Below, one piece after another: positions 9,620 to 19,056 of a stretch of DNA of 64,000 nt. Made by a program: the position numbers and the translations under genes. The notes under the pieces are model-generated. The model was not told where the DNA came from and made no database searches. It saw only the letters and a list, made by a program, of their open reading frames with translations. The DNA comes from Candidatus Binatia bacterium (GTDB lineage: Bacteria; Desulfobacterota; Binatia; Bin18), in NCBI GenBank assembly GCA_963664395.2, contig OY761159.2, forward strand, positions 352,001 to 416,000. Direction: 5' to 3'. The stretch's first letter is position 1, and the number at the start of each line of letters is the position of its first letter.

Positions 9620-11674
9620 ATGCCCTTCAAACTTGGCGTTGACGTAGGTGGAACGTTTACTGATCTCGTCCTTTTTGACGAGGAGAGTGGCCGGCAAGTC
9701 CGAGCCAAAATTCCGTCTACCCCCGATGATCCATCAGTTGGCGTGCTTGCCGGTATTGATAAAATTTGCCACTTGGCCAATGTCTCACCCGGTGACATCG
9801 CCCAGATTATGCATGGGACGACCGTGGCAACCAACGCGGTCCTTGAGGGAAAAGGCGCGAAGGTTGGACTGATTACGACCCAGGGATTTAAGCAAATCCT
9901 CCATCTGGCTCGCTCCTGGACGCCGGGGCCACTCGCGGGCTGGATGATTATGGAGAAACCGGACCCGCCGGCGGCGCTGGAATATACTCGTGAGGCCATC
10001 GAACGCATGGACACCCGAGGTGAGGTGGTCACCCCACTGGACGAAGACGCGCTGCGAAAGGACCTGCAAGATTTAGGCGCACAAGGAATCGAAGCGCTGA
10101 CGATTTCTTTGATCAACTCGTATGCCAATCAAAGCCATGAAAAGCGCGCAAAAGAGATCGCCCAAGAGGTTCTGCCCAATACCCCTATTACCGCCTCATC
10201 AGAAGTGTTGCCGGAGTTTCGGGAATACGAACGCGCCCTGACCGCGGTGATGAATTCTTACGTGCGACCGAAGGTTGCCCAGTATATGAGCAGCTTTGCC
10301 GAGCAGTTAGCGGCGCATGGCCTGAAAGCAGACGTCAACATTCTCCGCTCTGACGCCGGCCTGATGACCTTGCGTATGGCGCAGGAACGGCCGGTATACG
10401 CCGTGATGTCAGGTCCGGCCGGTGGCGTCGCGGGGGCGCTGTATATTGCCAAAAAGGCAGGCTTCCCGCATTTGTTGACCCTCGATATGGGCGGCACGTC
10501 CACCGACGTGGCCCTGTGTCAGAATGGCAACCAGACTATTTCGCGTGAAACCACCCTGGGCTATTTCCCGATTAAGGTTCCTTCGGTCGATGTCCGCAGT
10601 ATCGGGGCCGGCGGCGGCTCCATTGCCCATGTGCCCGAAATTACCAGCGCGCTCCGGGTCGGTCCGCAGAGTGCCGGCGCCGTTCCCGGTCCGGCCAGCT
10701 ACGGCCAGGGTGGGACGGAGCCGACGGTGACAGACGCCAACGTTGTCCTTGGCCATCTCCCGCCCAATCTGCTGGGCGGAGAAATGACGCTGGATACGGA
10801 AGCCGCCACCGCTTCCGTTGAGCGGATTGGGAAAAAACTCGGCCTTGACGTGTATCAAACCGCCCAGGGCATTTTGGACATCGTGAATGAGAACATGCAC
10901 GGTGCCTTGCGTCTGGTCTCCGTCCAGCGCGGCTACGATCCACGTAATTTCGCCCTGGCCGCGTTTGGTGGCGCCGGTCCGCTGCACGCCAACGCGGTGG
11001 CCAAGCTGATCGGCTCATTCCCGGTTATCGTCCCCCCCGCACCGGGCATTTTATGCGCAATGGGCGATGTGTGTTGCGACTACCGTGAAGAATTCTCCCG
11101 GACCGTCTTCCGCACCCTGGATAGGATCACCGCGCCGGAGGTCATTGAGATACTCGAAGGGCTGAGCGCAGAGGCGACCGGCTGGTTGGAGCAGGAAGGC
11201 ATCTCTCGACAGCAGCAGCGGATTTTCTATAACGCCGACATGCGCTACTTCCGCCAGGGCTATGAACTACCGATGACGACAACGCTCGATGAGTTGCAAA
11301 CCAACGGAACGGCGGCGCTGGCGGAACAATTTCACGCCCTGCACGAACAGCTCTACCGCTTTCGTCTGGATGCCGAATGTGAAATCGTCAATCTTCGCGC
11401 AGTTGCCCTTGGCACGGGAACGACGTTGCACTGGCCCGAAGGCGAAATCGATGGACCGTCCGCGGCTCACGCCCAGGTTGACGAACACCGGATTTATTTT
11501 GATGGCGACTTTCTGACCACCTCGATTTATGATCGGGCCAAGCTCAAGCCAGGCAACCAACTGCCCGGTCCGGCGATTGTGACCGAGATGGACTCCACCA
11601 CGGTCGTCCTGCCGGATTATGCAGCAGAGGTGGACCGCTATGCGAATATCCTGATCCGACCAAGTCAGGATTAA
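9620..11674 (+). CDS. Hydantoinase A/5-oxoprolinase-family ATP-binding subunit
   Basis: GVDVGGTFTD, HGTTVATNA, SGPAGG, DMGGTSTD, GAGGGS, FGGAGPLHA motifs. Confidence 0.95.
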   Translation: MPFKLGVDVGGTFTDLVLFDEESGRQVRAKIPSTPDDPSVGVLAGIDKICHLANVSPGDIAQIMHGTTVATNAVLEGKGAKVGLITTQGFKQILHLARSWTPGPLAGWMIMEKPDPPAALEYTREAIERMDTRGEVVTPLDEDALRKDLQDLGAQGIEALTISLINSYANQSHEKRAKEIAQEVLPNTPITASSEVLPEFREYERALTAVMNSYVRPKVAQYMSSFAEQLAAHGLKADVNILRSDAGLMTLRMAQERPVYAVMSGPAGGVAGALYIAKKAGFPHLLTLDMGGTSTDVALCQNGNQTISRETTLGYFPIKVPSVDVRSIGAGGGSIAHVPEITSALRVGPQSAGAVPGPASYGQGGTEPTVTDANVVLGHLPPNLLGGEMTLDTEAATASVERIGKKLGLDVYQTAQGILDIVNENMHGALRLVSVQRGYDPRNFALAAFGGAGPLHANAVAKLIGSFPVIVPPAPGILCAMGDVCCDYREEFSRTVFRTLDRITAPEVIEILEGLSAEATGWLEQEGISRQQQRIFYNADMRYFRQGYELPMTTTLDELQTNGTAALAEQFHALHEQLYRFRLDAECEIVNLRAVALGTGTTLHWPEGEIDGPSAAHAQVDEHRIYFDGDFLTTSIYDRAKLKPGNQLPGPAIVTEMDSTTVVLPDYAAEVDRYANILIRPSQD

Positions 11675-11718
11675 GATTGAGTAGTATATCCGGTAGAATC
11701 AGGCTGACTGGGCTAAAT

Positions 11719-12048
11719 ATGAGTCTCCTGCACGACGCAAAAAAACTTCTGGAAGCTATGTCTCCCGAGGAGAGGACGCAACTATTGGAATGGGCTGTCC
11801 GCGACCTCACTGACACCCATCCTGGGATCGAAACAACTGCTGGTGTGTGTGGAGGGGCGGCCTGCCTTGCCGGAACCCGTATCCCCGTCTGGATTTTAGA
11901 GCAGTACCGTCGTTCCGGGGCGAGGGACGCAGAACTCTTGCACTCCTATCCAGGCTTGCGGGCCGAGGACCTCGTTCATGCGTGGGCCTATGTCCGCTCC
12001 CATCGGAATGAGATTGAGCAACACATCCGGGAAAATGAGGCCGCCTAG
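11719..12048 (+). CDS. DUF433-domain antitoxin
   Basis: GVCGGAACLAGTRIPVW..YPGL..AWAY DUF433 signature; start placed at ATG 11719. Confidence 0.88.
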   Translation: MSLLHDAKKLLEAMSPEERTQLLEWAVRDLTDTHPGIETTAGVCGGAACLAGTRIPVWILEQYRRSGARDAELLHSYPGLRAEDLVHAWAYVRSHRNEIEQHIRENEAA

Positions 12049-12051
12049 CCT

Positions 12052-12402
12052 ATGGCGCGCTTATATGGGGATGAAAATTTTCCATACCCTGTGGTTTTGG
12101 CCCTGCGCCGTTTGGGGCACGATGTACTCACTGCTCAGGAGGCAGGGAAAGCGGGGCAAAAAATACAAGACGAAATTGTTTTGGCTGACGCCACTGCGGA
12201 CGGGCGGGCCATATTGACTCATAACCGGAAAGACTTCATCCACTTACACAATCAAGAACCCAGCCATTCAGGAATCATTGTGTGCACCATTGATTTGGAT
12301 TTTGAAGGCGTAGCCGACCGTATTGACGCGGAGATTCGCTTGTATCCCGAGTTGACGAATCGCCTAATTCGAGTGAACCGCTCTAGGGCCGGAAGAGCTT
12401 GA
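12052..12402 (+). CDS. DUF5615-family PIN-like toxin
   Basis: LYGDENFP, GHDVLT, D..VL..A, ILTHNRKDF, HSGII motifs; directly follows DUF433. Confidence 0.88.
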   Translation: MARLYGDENFPYPVVLALRRLGHDVLTAQEAGKAGQKIQDEIVLADATADGRAILTHNRKDFIHLHNQEPSHSGIIVCTIDLDFEGVADRIDAEIRLYPELTNRLIRVNRSRAGRA

Positions 12403-12418
12403 CGAGAGGAGCAGTATC

Positions 12419-14308
12419 ATGCGCGATGTAAAAATTGCTGAAATTCCAGAGATCGAGGTCGATCCCATTACGCTCGACATTATCGAGAGTGCACTCAAGA
12501 ACTACCGCCATGAAATGGATGCGGTGCTGTTCCGCACGGCCATGTCGCCGGTGATCCGGGAGCAGCACGACGAATTTCCCATGATCTGCGACCCCAACGG
12601 CCGGATGGTCGTCGGGCAATTCGGCTCCTATATCCGGGAGATGATGGAGCGCTTTGACCAGCCGCTCTATCCCGGTGATGTCATTTTGCTCAACGACCCC
12701 TATCTGTGCGGGGGGGCCATTTCCCACATCAACGACTTTCTCGTGCTGGTGCCCGTCTTTGACGGTGACGAACTCATCGGTTGGACTTCGATGTTCGGCC
12801 ATCAAATGGACGTGGGCGGCCCGCTGCCCGGCTCGTTTCCAACCAACGCGACCTCAATCTTTGGCGAGGGGTTACGCATTCCGCCCGTCAAACTGTTTGA
12901 AAAAGGAGAACTCAACCGGGCCGTCCTCGATCTTATTTTGAACAATGTCCGCATTCCGATGATGAACCGCTCGGATCTCATGGGGATTGTGGCCGGCTGC
13001 AAAACCGCCGAACAGCGCGTGCAGGAACTGTGTGAGCGCTTTGGGCGTGCGACGTATCTGGCCGCCTGCCAGGCGTTGCTGGATCGGACCTACCGGGCCG
13101 TCCAGACCCTCATCCGGCACAATATTCCGACTGAGCCCCAGTCTTTCGAAGACTATGTTGATGATGACGGACTCGGCAACGGTCCGTTCAAAATGAAGCT
13201 CACCATCTGGCGTGAGGGCGATAAGGCGATCTTCGATTGGACCGGTACCGACCCGCAGGCCGTTGGACCGATCAATTTTTATCTCAATCCGGGCATGTTC
13301 AAGATGTTCATCGGCGTCTACCTCATCATGGTCTACGATCCCCAGATTTTGTTTAACGACGGCTTTTACGATCTGATTGACGCGCGGATGCCGGACGGCT
13401 CCCTCCTCCATCCGAAATTCCCCGCTCCGCTGGGCTGCCGCACCCATGCCCTGGCCCGCCTGTTTGATGTCATGGGCGGCTGTCTCGGCCAACAGAGCCC
13501 GGAACTGACGACCGCGGCCGGCTACGGCACCAGTCCCCATTTGCTGTACAGCGGCAACGATAAGGATGACAACTTCTTCTTCATTATGGAAATCGGCTAT
13601 GGCGGCATTCCGGGCCGACCGATTGGCGACGGTATGGATGGTCACTCCTGGTGGCCGCTCTTCACCAATATTCCGACCGAATACCTCGAAAGCTATTGCC
13701 CCATACGCGTAGATCGCTATTCGTCCGTCATCGACTCCGGCGGAGCCGGTTTGCATCGGGGTGGGAACGGCATCGACAAATGGTACACCTTTCTCGAACA
13801 TGGTGAGATCGCCATTCACGACGACCGCTGGCTGACTCCCCCCTGGGGGATACTCGGGGGGAAACCGGGGATGCGCTCGACGAAAATCCTGGTCCACACC
13901 GCTGGAACCCGTACCGTCCTGCCCTCAAAATGCGACCAGATTAAAGTCGAACCAGGCGACCAGCTCATCTTCCAAACCGCAGGCGGCGGCGGCTGGGGTG
14001 ACCCACTGGAACGCGACATCGAAAAAGTCCGGGTTGATGTCGTGCGCGAGTTGGTGTCCGTGGAAAAGGCCGCATCCGATTACGGCGTGGTGTACGACCC
14101 GGCAACGTCTGAAGTGGACGAGGACGCCACACGAGTACTGCGTCAGCGCATGAAAGAGAGCCGGGGCGAGATACATACGTTCGATTTTGGCCCGCCCCTC
14201 CAGGAACTCCTGGCACGCTGTAAAGAGGAGACTGGACTGGAGCCGCCCACGGCTCCCAGCTTACCGCCGGGCTGGGAAACAAACGGAGTGAAGAAAGTCG
14301 CGGCCTGA
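12419..14308 (+). CDS. Hydantoinase B/5-oxoprolinase-family subunit
   Basis: SPVIREQHD, NDPY..G..SHIND, HQMDVGG, EGLRIPP, TAGGGGWGDP motifs. Confidence 0.95.
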   Translation: MRDVKIAEIPEIEVDPITLDIIESALKNYRHEMDAVLFRTAMSPVIREQHDEFPMICDPNGRMVVGQFGSYIREMMERFDQPLYPGDVILLNDPYLCGGAISHINDFLVLVPVFDGDELIGWTSMFGHQMDVGGPLPGSFPTNATSIFGEGLRIPPVKLFEKGELNRAVLDLILNNVRIPMMNRSDLMGIVAGCKTAEQRVQELCERFGRATYLAACQALLDRTYRAVQTLIRHNIPTEPQSFEDYVDDDGLGNGPFKMKLTIWREGDKAIFDWTGTDPQAVGPINFYLNPGMFKMFIGVYLIMVYDPQILFNDGFYDLIDARMPDGSLLHPKFPAPLGCRTHALARLFDVMGGCLGQQSPELTTAAGYGTSPHLLYSGNDKDDNFFFIMEIGYGGIPGRPIGDGMDGHSWWPLFTNIPTEYLESYCPIRVDRYSSVIDSGGAGLHRGGNGIDKWYTFLEHGEIAIHDDRWLTPPWGILGGKPGMRSTKILVHTAGTRTVLPSKCDQIKVEPGDQLIFQTAGGGGWGDPLERDIEKVRVDVVRELVSVEKAASDYGVVYDPATSEVDEDATRVLRQRMKESRGEIHTFDFGPPLQELLARCKEETGLEPPTAPSLPPGWETNGVKKVAA

Positions 14309-14340
14309 CCTCTTCTCTTTCCTTACTCTTCAGGGAGAAG

Positions 14341-14895
14341 ATGAAAATCGGGGAAATCCGAGCACGCGCCGTTCATGTGAGACCGATGAAAACCCTCAAC
14401 GCTCCTCCGGCCGGTTTGAATCGGAAAACCTTGGGCGTGCTCGCCCTCGCCTTCCTTTTTCCCTTTTCCTGCGACCAACTCCGCACCCAGCCGCTGACCG
14501 GACACCGCGATATTGCAGCCGCCCTGCGGCCATTGCTGGACCTTGCCTATGCCGGACTGGATTATCCGACCTACCATGCCGAGTTCCAAGCATTTCAAAA
14601 TGTTGTGCAGCAAAAGATAGCGGTCACACCCCACGAAATGCGGCCGTACGTCGAGACCATCGTGGCCTATCTGCACGTCGCAGACAACGTGCTGGAGTGG
14701 CAGGCGCAACAACACCCAGAGCAGCAGCCACCCCAGCTCACAACCTGGACAGCCCGCCATCCATTTCTTAAAGCGGCAATTGGTGCCCGGCTCGAAGCGC
14801 CGCATGCCTTTGATGCGGAAACCGCACTACAGCTGCTGTTTGAAAAAACGGACCAGACCCTCGTAGCCATGCAAGTGAAGAACAAACCCATCTAA
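14341..14895 (+). CDS. Hypothetical exported or membrane-anchored protein (alternative start 14386)
   Basis: Hydrophobic segment LGVLALAFLFPFSC; fills the gap in a co-oriented operon. Confidence 0.6.
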   Translation: MKIGEIRARAVHVRPMKTLNAPPAGLNRKTLGVLALAFLFPFSCDQLRTQPLTGHRDIAAALRPLLDLAYAGLDYPTYHAEFQAFQNVVQQKIAVTPHEMRPYVETIVAYLHVADNVLEWQAQQHPEQQPPQLTTWTARHPFLKAAIGARLEAPHAFDAETALQLLFEKTDQTLVAMQVKNKPI

Positions 14896-14912
14896 AAAGC
14901 GAGGAGAGACCA

Positions 14913-15668
14913 ATGGGAAAGCTCGACAATAAAATTGCCCTCATCACCGGCTCAAGCAGCGGTATTGGAAAAGCGGTCGCCCTGGCCTTTGCCACAGAGG
15001 GGGCCGACCTTGCGCTCAACTACCCGAATGACACGCAGGCCGACAATGCCGCAGCGGTACAGAAAGATATTGAAGCCCTGGGCCGTCGGGTTGTCGCCAT
15101 CCGGGCGGACGTTTCCCAGGAAGACGAGGTGCAACACCTCGTTGGTACGACGCTACAGACCTATGGCCGTATCGACATTCTGGTCAACAACGCCGGGATT
15201 GCCTCCGCCGCAACCGTCGGGGACATGCCGGTTTCCATGTGGGACCAGATGTTGGCCGTCAACCTGAGAAGTGTCTTTCTGTGTACGCGCCTGGTCTTAC
15301 CGCTCATGTATAAACAGGACTACGGCAAAATTATCAGCACGGCCTCGCAACTCGCCTATCTCGGCTCGCCCGGCCTGAGTCATTATTGTGCGGCCAAGGC
15401 GGCCATCATTGCGTTTACCCGCTCGCTGTCGCGTGAGATCGGCACCCGTAATATCAATGCGAATTGCGTCGGCCCCGGCGCGACGCAGACACCCATCCTC
15501 CAGGGCATCAGCAGCGAGGCGCTTGAGGCGATTCAGGCCAGTATCCCTAAGGGCCATCTGGCAACGGTTGACGATATTGCGCCGACCTATGTCTTTCTGG
15601 CCTCTGACGAATCGAGCCACTATGTCGGGCAATGCCTCAGCCCTAACGGCGGAGATATCATGCTCTAA
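14913..15668 (+). CDS. SDR-family NAD(P)-dependent oxidoreductase (FabG-like)
   Basis: TGSSSGIG, NNAG, YCAAK, PG motifs. Confidence 0.93.
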   Translation: MGKLDNKIALITGSSSGIGKAVALAFATEGADLALNYPNDTQADNAAAVQKDIEALGRRVVAIRADVSQEDEVQHLVGTTLQTYGRIDILVNNAGIASAATVGDMPVSMWDQMLAVNLRSVFLCTRLVLPLMYKQDYGKIISTASQLAYLGSPGLSHYCAAKAAIIAFTRSLSREIGTRNINANCVGPGATQTPILQGISSEALEAIQASIPKGHLATVDDIAPTYVFLASDESSHYVGQCLSPNGGDIML

Positions 15669-15716
15669 ATTCGCGTCCCTTGCTCCTCCCCACTGCCGCC
15701 TATAGACTCAGCCGCC

Positions 15717-16889
15717 GTGCCTGAGTCTCCCTCCCCCTCGCAACGCCCGGAAGCCTTGTTCACACGAGATTTTATCCTGCTGTGTCTGGGGACCTTTTTG
15801 TTTGCCGGCAGCATGTTCCTGCTCTTTGCCGTCCTGCCCGTCTTTGTGGTTGAGGAACTGCACGGCGCAGACTCCCAAGTCGGTCTGATCATGGGCGCAT
15901 TCGCCCTCTCCGCCCTGCTCGTGCGTCCCATGACCGGACGCTTGGTTGACCAGTGGAGCCGAAAGACCCTTCTCAGTATTGGCGCCCTCATCTACTGTCT
16001 GGCCCCGGCGCTGTATACCCAGGTCGAGTCAGTCCCGGTCATGCTGGGTCTGCGTCTTTTTCACGGCTTGGGGATAGCCGCCTATACCACCGCCGCCGGG
16101 GTCATCGTTGCGGATCTTGCACCGCCGAGTCGTCGCGGAGAGGGGATGGGCTATTATGGCATGTCCCTGAACCTGGCCATGACCATTGGCCCGGCATTGG
16201 GGGTCATGCTCATCGGCTCCATCGGGTATAACGCCCTCTTCTGGCTGTGTGCGGCCCTCGCACTCGGCAGTCTTGTCCTTTCCCAACTTATCCAGGAGCC
16301 GGCGCGTGCGCCCCAGGTGGGCACCCCATCACGCCAATGGGTGAGCCGTACCGCTCTCTTTCCCGGCTTTATTGCCGTCTGCATGACGTTCACCTTCGGC
16401 GCAGTTGTCTCCTTTCTCCCGCTCTTTGTAAAAGCCTCCAATCTTGGCAATCCAGGAATATACTTTAGCGTGTATTCCATTGTGGTCGTGGTCTCACGCC
16501 CCTTTGCCGGCCGTCTGTCCGACCGCTTTGGCCGAGCAGCCGTGATTGTTCCCGGCCTGGGATGCCTTGCGGTCGCGATGATTGTGCTCGCGTTTTCCTC
16601 AACTCTGCCTGGCATACTGATTGCCGCCGCATTACAAGGATTAGGATTTGGAGGGGTTCAGCCGTCCATCATGGCCCTCGTTGTTGATCGCAGCCCCACG
16701 CACGAGCGCGGGGCTGCGCTCGCCACTCTGATGGGAGCGTTTGATGTTGGGGTGGGGTTGAGCAGCATCCTTCTGGGTGCGGTACTCGAATACACAGATT
16801 TTACGGTGATGTTTTTATGCGCGGGCGGGGTGGCGCTCGTCGGCGCAATTGGAGCCGCGTGGGGGACGCGAGAAAGGTCGCAAGGCTGA
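15717..16889 (+). CDS. MFS transporter
   Basis: About 12 TM segments; motif A copies GRLVDQWSRK and GRLSDRFGR. Confidence 0.92.
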   Translation: MPESPSPSQRPEALFTRDFILLCLGTFLFAGSMFLLFAVLPVFVVEELHGADSQVGLIMGAFALSALLVRPMTGRLVDQWSRKTLLSIGALIYCLAPALYTQVESVPVMLGLRLFHGLGIAAYTTAAGVIVADLAPPSRRGEGMGYYGMSLNLAMTIGPALGVMLIGSIGYNALFWLCAALALGSLVLSQLIQEPARAPQVGTPSRQWVSRTALFPGFIAVCMTFTFGAVVSFLPLFVKASNLGNPGIYFSVYSIVVVVSRPFAGRLSDRFGRAAVIVPGLGCLAVAMIVLAFSSTLPGILIAAALQGLGFGGVQPSIMALVVDRSPTHERGAALATLMGAFDVGVGLSSILLGAVLEYTDFTVMFLCAGGVALVGAIGAAWGTRERSQG

Positions 16890-17058
16890 AACATTCCTCT
16901 CTGAAACCAGCCGCCTGCACCTCTCGACCTGAATCCGTTTTCACCTTGTGCTCCCAAAGCTCTATACGGTTATGTATCCTTGCCGCAGTACGAGGGCTCG
17001 GTTAGGCTGACGGCAAGAGAAACGGTATAGAAAATCAGACCTGGAGGAAACTGTATCC

Positions 17059-18417
17059 ATGCGCAAGACGGCTTTTCCCATACTTATTTGTGGCGCACTC
17101 GTTGCGCTCACGCTCAGCCTCGTGTCCACGACCCAAGTCCACTCGCAGGGCCAGGGTCTGCCAACGCGGGAAGATATCCAACAATGGATTGCCATGAATC
17201 TTGATACGCTGCCTCAATTCAAAGAAGGCGATGTTCTGAGACAGGCCGACCTGGAGAAGCTGCGGCCCTTCTTGCCGCCGCGCTATATTGACGAGTTTGA
17301 TTTTCCTGAAGTCGAGTTTCATGTCGCGCCAACGGGCCATTACCCCCCTCACCCCGACTATCTGGCTGCGACCGAGCAATACTCAAATCAAACCCGCCTG
17401 GCAGGCGACGGGGCGCTGGAGAACTATATTGCCGGGCGACCATTTGCCCAAGCGCTGGTCAATCCGGACGATCCGACCGCGGGCATCAAAGCAGCCTGGA
17501 ATTTCAACTACCGCTGGCAATACTACGGCATGCACGTCGAGCGGTACTTAGGCGCGCTGATTGCGAAAGGCCGTAAGGCATCCAAGCTGCCGGGCTTCCC
17601 GGACGATCTCATCCAAGGCGGCGGACGAGCCATTCGGCACCTCGTGGCACTCTATCAACGCGTGTATCACAACCACCTTGCCCATCTGTCGGCCAAAGGC
17701 CATATCTTTCCCCTGGATGATGCCGGGCGGTTTGAATACAAAGACTATGTGGAATTTTCGGAGCCGTACGATGTACGCGGACAGCGTTTCATGGTCTACC
17801 GGTACGACGACGCCCGCAAACAGGACGACGCCTGGGGGTTCATTCCGGCGCTGCGCAAGGTGCGCCGGCTGTCCCTCCACGAACGGGACGATTCCATCGG
17901 CGGCACCGAGATGACGCTGGATGACTTCAGCGGCTTCTCCGGGCGGGTGCTGGATCACAGTTGGCGCTTTCTGGGCTGGAAACCCATCTTGCACGTGATG
18001 AATTCCCAACATCCGTATGCACGCTTCTATGGCCCCCATGGCTGGCTGCCCAACGACCGCTGGGAGCTGCGTTTGTGCGCGGTTGTTGAACAAACGCCCA
18101 TCAACAACCGCAACTATAGTAGTAAAATCTATTTTTGGGATGCCGAGACCTATGAGGCGGCCCTGGTGCTCATCTTTGATATGGACGGCAAGCTGTGGAA
18201 GGTCAGCGACCTTTTACACGGCTGGTCCGAAGACCCGAGTCAGGCCGAGTCAGACCGCGGCAAACAGGTCCCGCGCAATATCGGCTTTACGATTGTTGAT
18301 GTCAAACAAGAGCAAGCCACGATCTTCTCCGCCTACACGATTGAGTATCCCACAGTGGATGTCGAACACGTCGAAGAGCGCTATGACGTGAACAAATTGA
18401 GCGAGGGAAGTCGGTAA
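17059..18417 (+). CDS. DUF1329-family periplasmic protein
   Basis: Signal peptide; YIAGRPF, AGIKAAWNF, DDAWGFIPALRKVRR, YSSKIYFWD, GKLWKV motifs. Confidence 0.85.
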   Translation: MRKTAFPILICGALVALTLSLVSTTQVHSQGQGLPTREDIQQWIAMNLDTLPQFKEGDVLRQADLEKLRPFLPPRYIDEFDFPEVEFHVAPTGHYPPHPDYLAATEQYSNQTRLAGDGALENYIAGRPFAQALVNPDDPTAGIKAAWNFNYRWQYYGMHVERYLGALIAKGRKASKLPGFPDDLIQGGGRAIRHLVALYQRVYHNHLAHLSAKGHIFPLDDAGRFEYKDYVEFSEPYDVRGQRFMVYRYDDARKQDDAWGFIPALRKVRRLSLHERDDSIGGTEMTLDDFSGFSGRVLDHSWRFLGWKPILHVMNSQHPYARFYGPHGWLPNDRWELRLCAVVEQTPINNRNYSSKIYFWDAETYEAALVLIFDMDGKLWKVSDLLHGWSEDPSQAESDRGKQVPRNIGFTIVDVKQEQATIFSAYTIEYPTVDVEHVEERYDVNKLSEGSR

Positions 18418-18440
18418 ATCGCTCGTCACCGGGACGGAAG

Positions 18441-18457
18441 TTCGGTAGGTCGGATTA
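18441..18457 (+). repeat. Left GTAG-REP-like arm of an inverted pair
   Basis: TTCGGTAGGTCGGATTA; matches the reverse complement of 18984-19000 at 15/17 positions. Confidence 0.65.
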
Positions 18458-18501
18458 TTGGAAAGGGCGGATCATCATTCGTCCACCTTCGTTGTTCCAA
18501 C

Positions 18502-18768
18502 TCAGGCCGCGTCGACCTTTTCAGACAACCAGACCTTGATGAGCGACTGGTAGGGGACGTCGCGCTTGTTGGCGGCCATTTTAATCCGTTCCAACAGATC
18601 CAGCGGGAGCCGCAGAGAAATCGCTTTGGTCGTCGGCTTGAGATTGGGGAGCCGCACCCGCTCGGCCCGACTCCAGTCTACGTAGTCGGTCGAGTCATGG
18701 CTTTCCCAAAAGGCGCGTTCCTCCGCTTCATTCTTAAAGGCGGGTACGGGTTTGAGTTTCCTGCTCAT
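18502..18768 (-). CDS. BrnA/CopG-like antitoxin
   Basis: PAFKNEAEERAFWESHD, ISLRLP..LLERIK..A..RDVPYQSLIK (ribbon-helix-helix). Confidence 0.88.
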   Translation of the reverse strand: MSRKLKPVPAFKNEAEERAFWESHDSTDYVDWSRAERVRLPNLKPTTKAISLRLPLDLLERIKMAANKRDVPYQSLIKVWLSEKVDAA

Positions 18769-18829
18769 AGCGCCCTCGCTCCTTACGGCTCATCTCCCGG
18801 GCGGAGATGATGCGAATCAGGGTGTTATC
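18734..18829 (-). pseudogene. brnT: 3' remnant of a BrnT toxin gene
   Basis: Translates DNTLIRIISAREMSRKERGRYEQETQTRTRL*, the BrnT C-terminal IRIISAR motif; overlaps the antitoxin start; an in-frame TAG lies directly upstream and the N-terminal half is missing. Confidence 0.8.
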
Positions 18830-18833
18830 CTAG

Positions 18834-18986
18834 GGAATACTAGCAGAGTTGCGCTCCGAGATGCGCAGTGAGATCGTTGCTGTCAAAGACACTATGCTCA
18901 CCAAAGGCACGTTCTTTACCGGCCGCGGCATGGTCTCCGCCATTATTGTCGCCTTCCTGGTCTACATCGTTTCCAACCTCGGCTAA
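18834..18986 (+). pseudogene. 3' remnant of a coiled-coil plus C-terminal TM protein (DUF1640-like)
   Basis: GILAELRSEMRSEIVAVKDTMLTKGTFFTGRGMVSAIIVAFLVYIVSNLG*; preceded in frame by TAG at 18831. Confidence 0.45.
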
Positions 18987-19000
18987 CCCGACCTACGGAA
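18984..19000 (-). repeat. Right GTAG-REP-like arm of an inverted pair
   Basis: Reverse complement reads TTCCGTAGGTCGGGTTA. Confidence 0.65.
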
Positions 19001-19056
19001 GGTGCCTGAATAATGCTGCCGTATACGCTGCCGAATCGAGTGAGAGGACGGGCTAA

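Noticed and set aside
12872-13897. Long antisense ORFs (also 37679..38620, 22612..23436, 46986..47774, 48672..49445, 42627..43391, 49971..50690)
   Set aside because: Shadow frames of well-supported genes in GC-rich DNA, with no recognisable motifs.
18997-19014. IS5-like terminal repeat GGAAGGTGC
   Set aside because: Only a 9-bp resemblance, with no partner end and no transposase.
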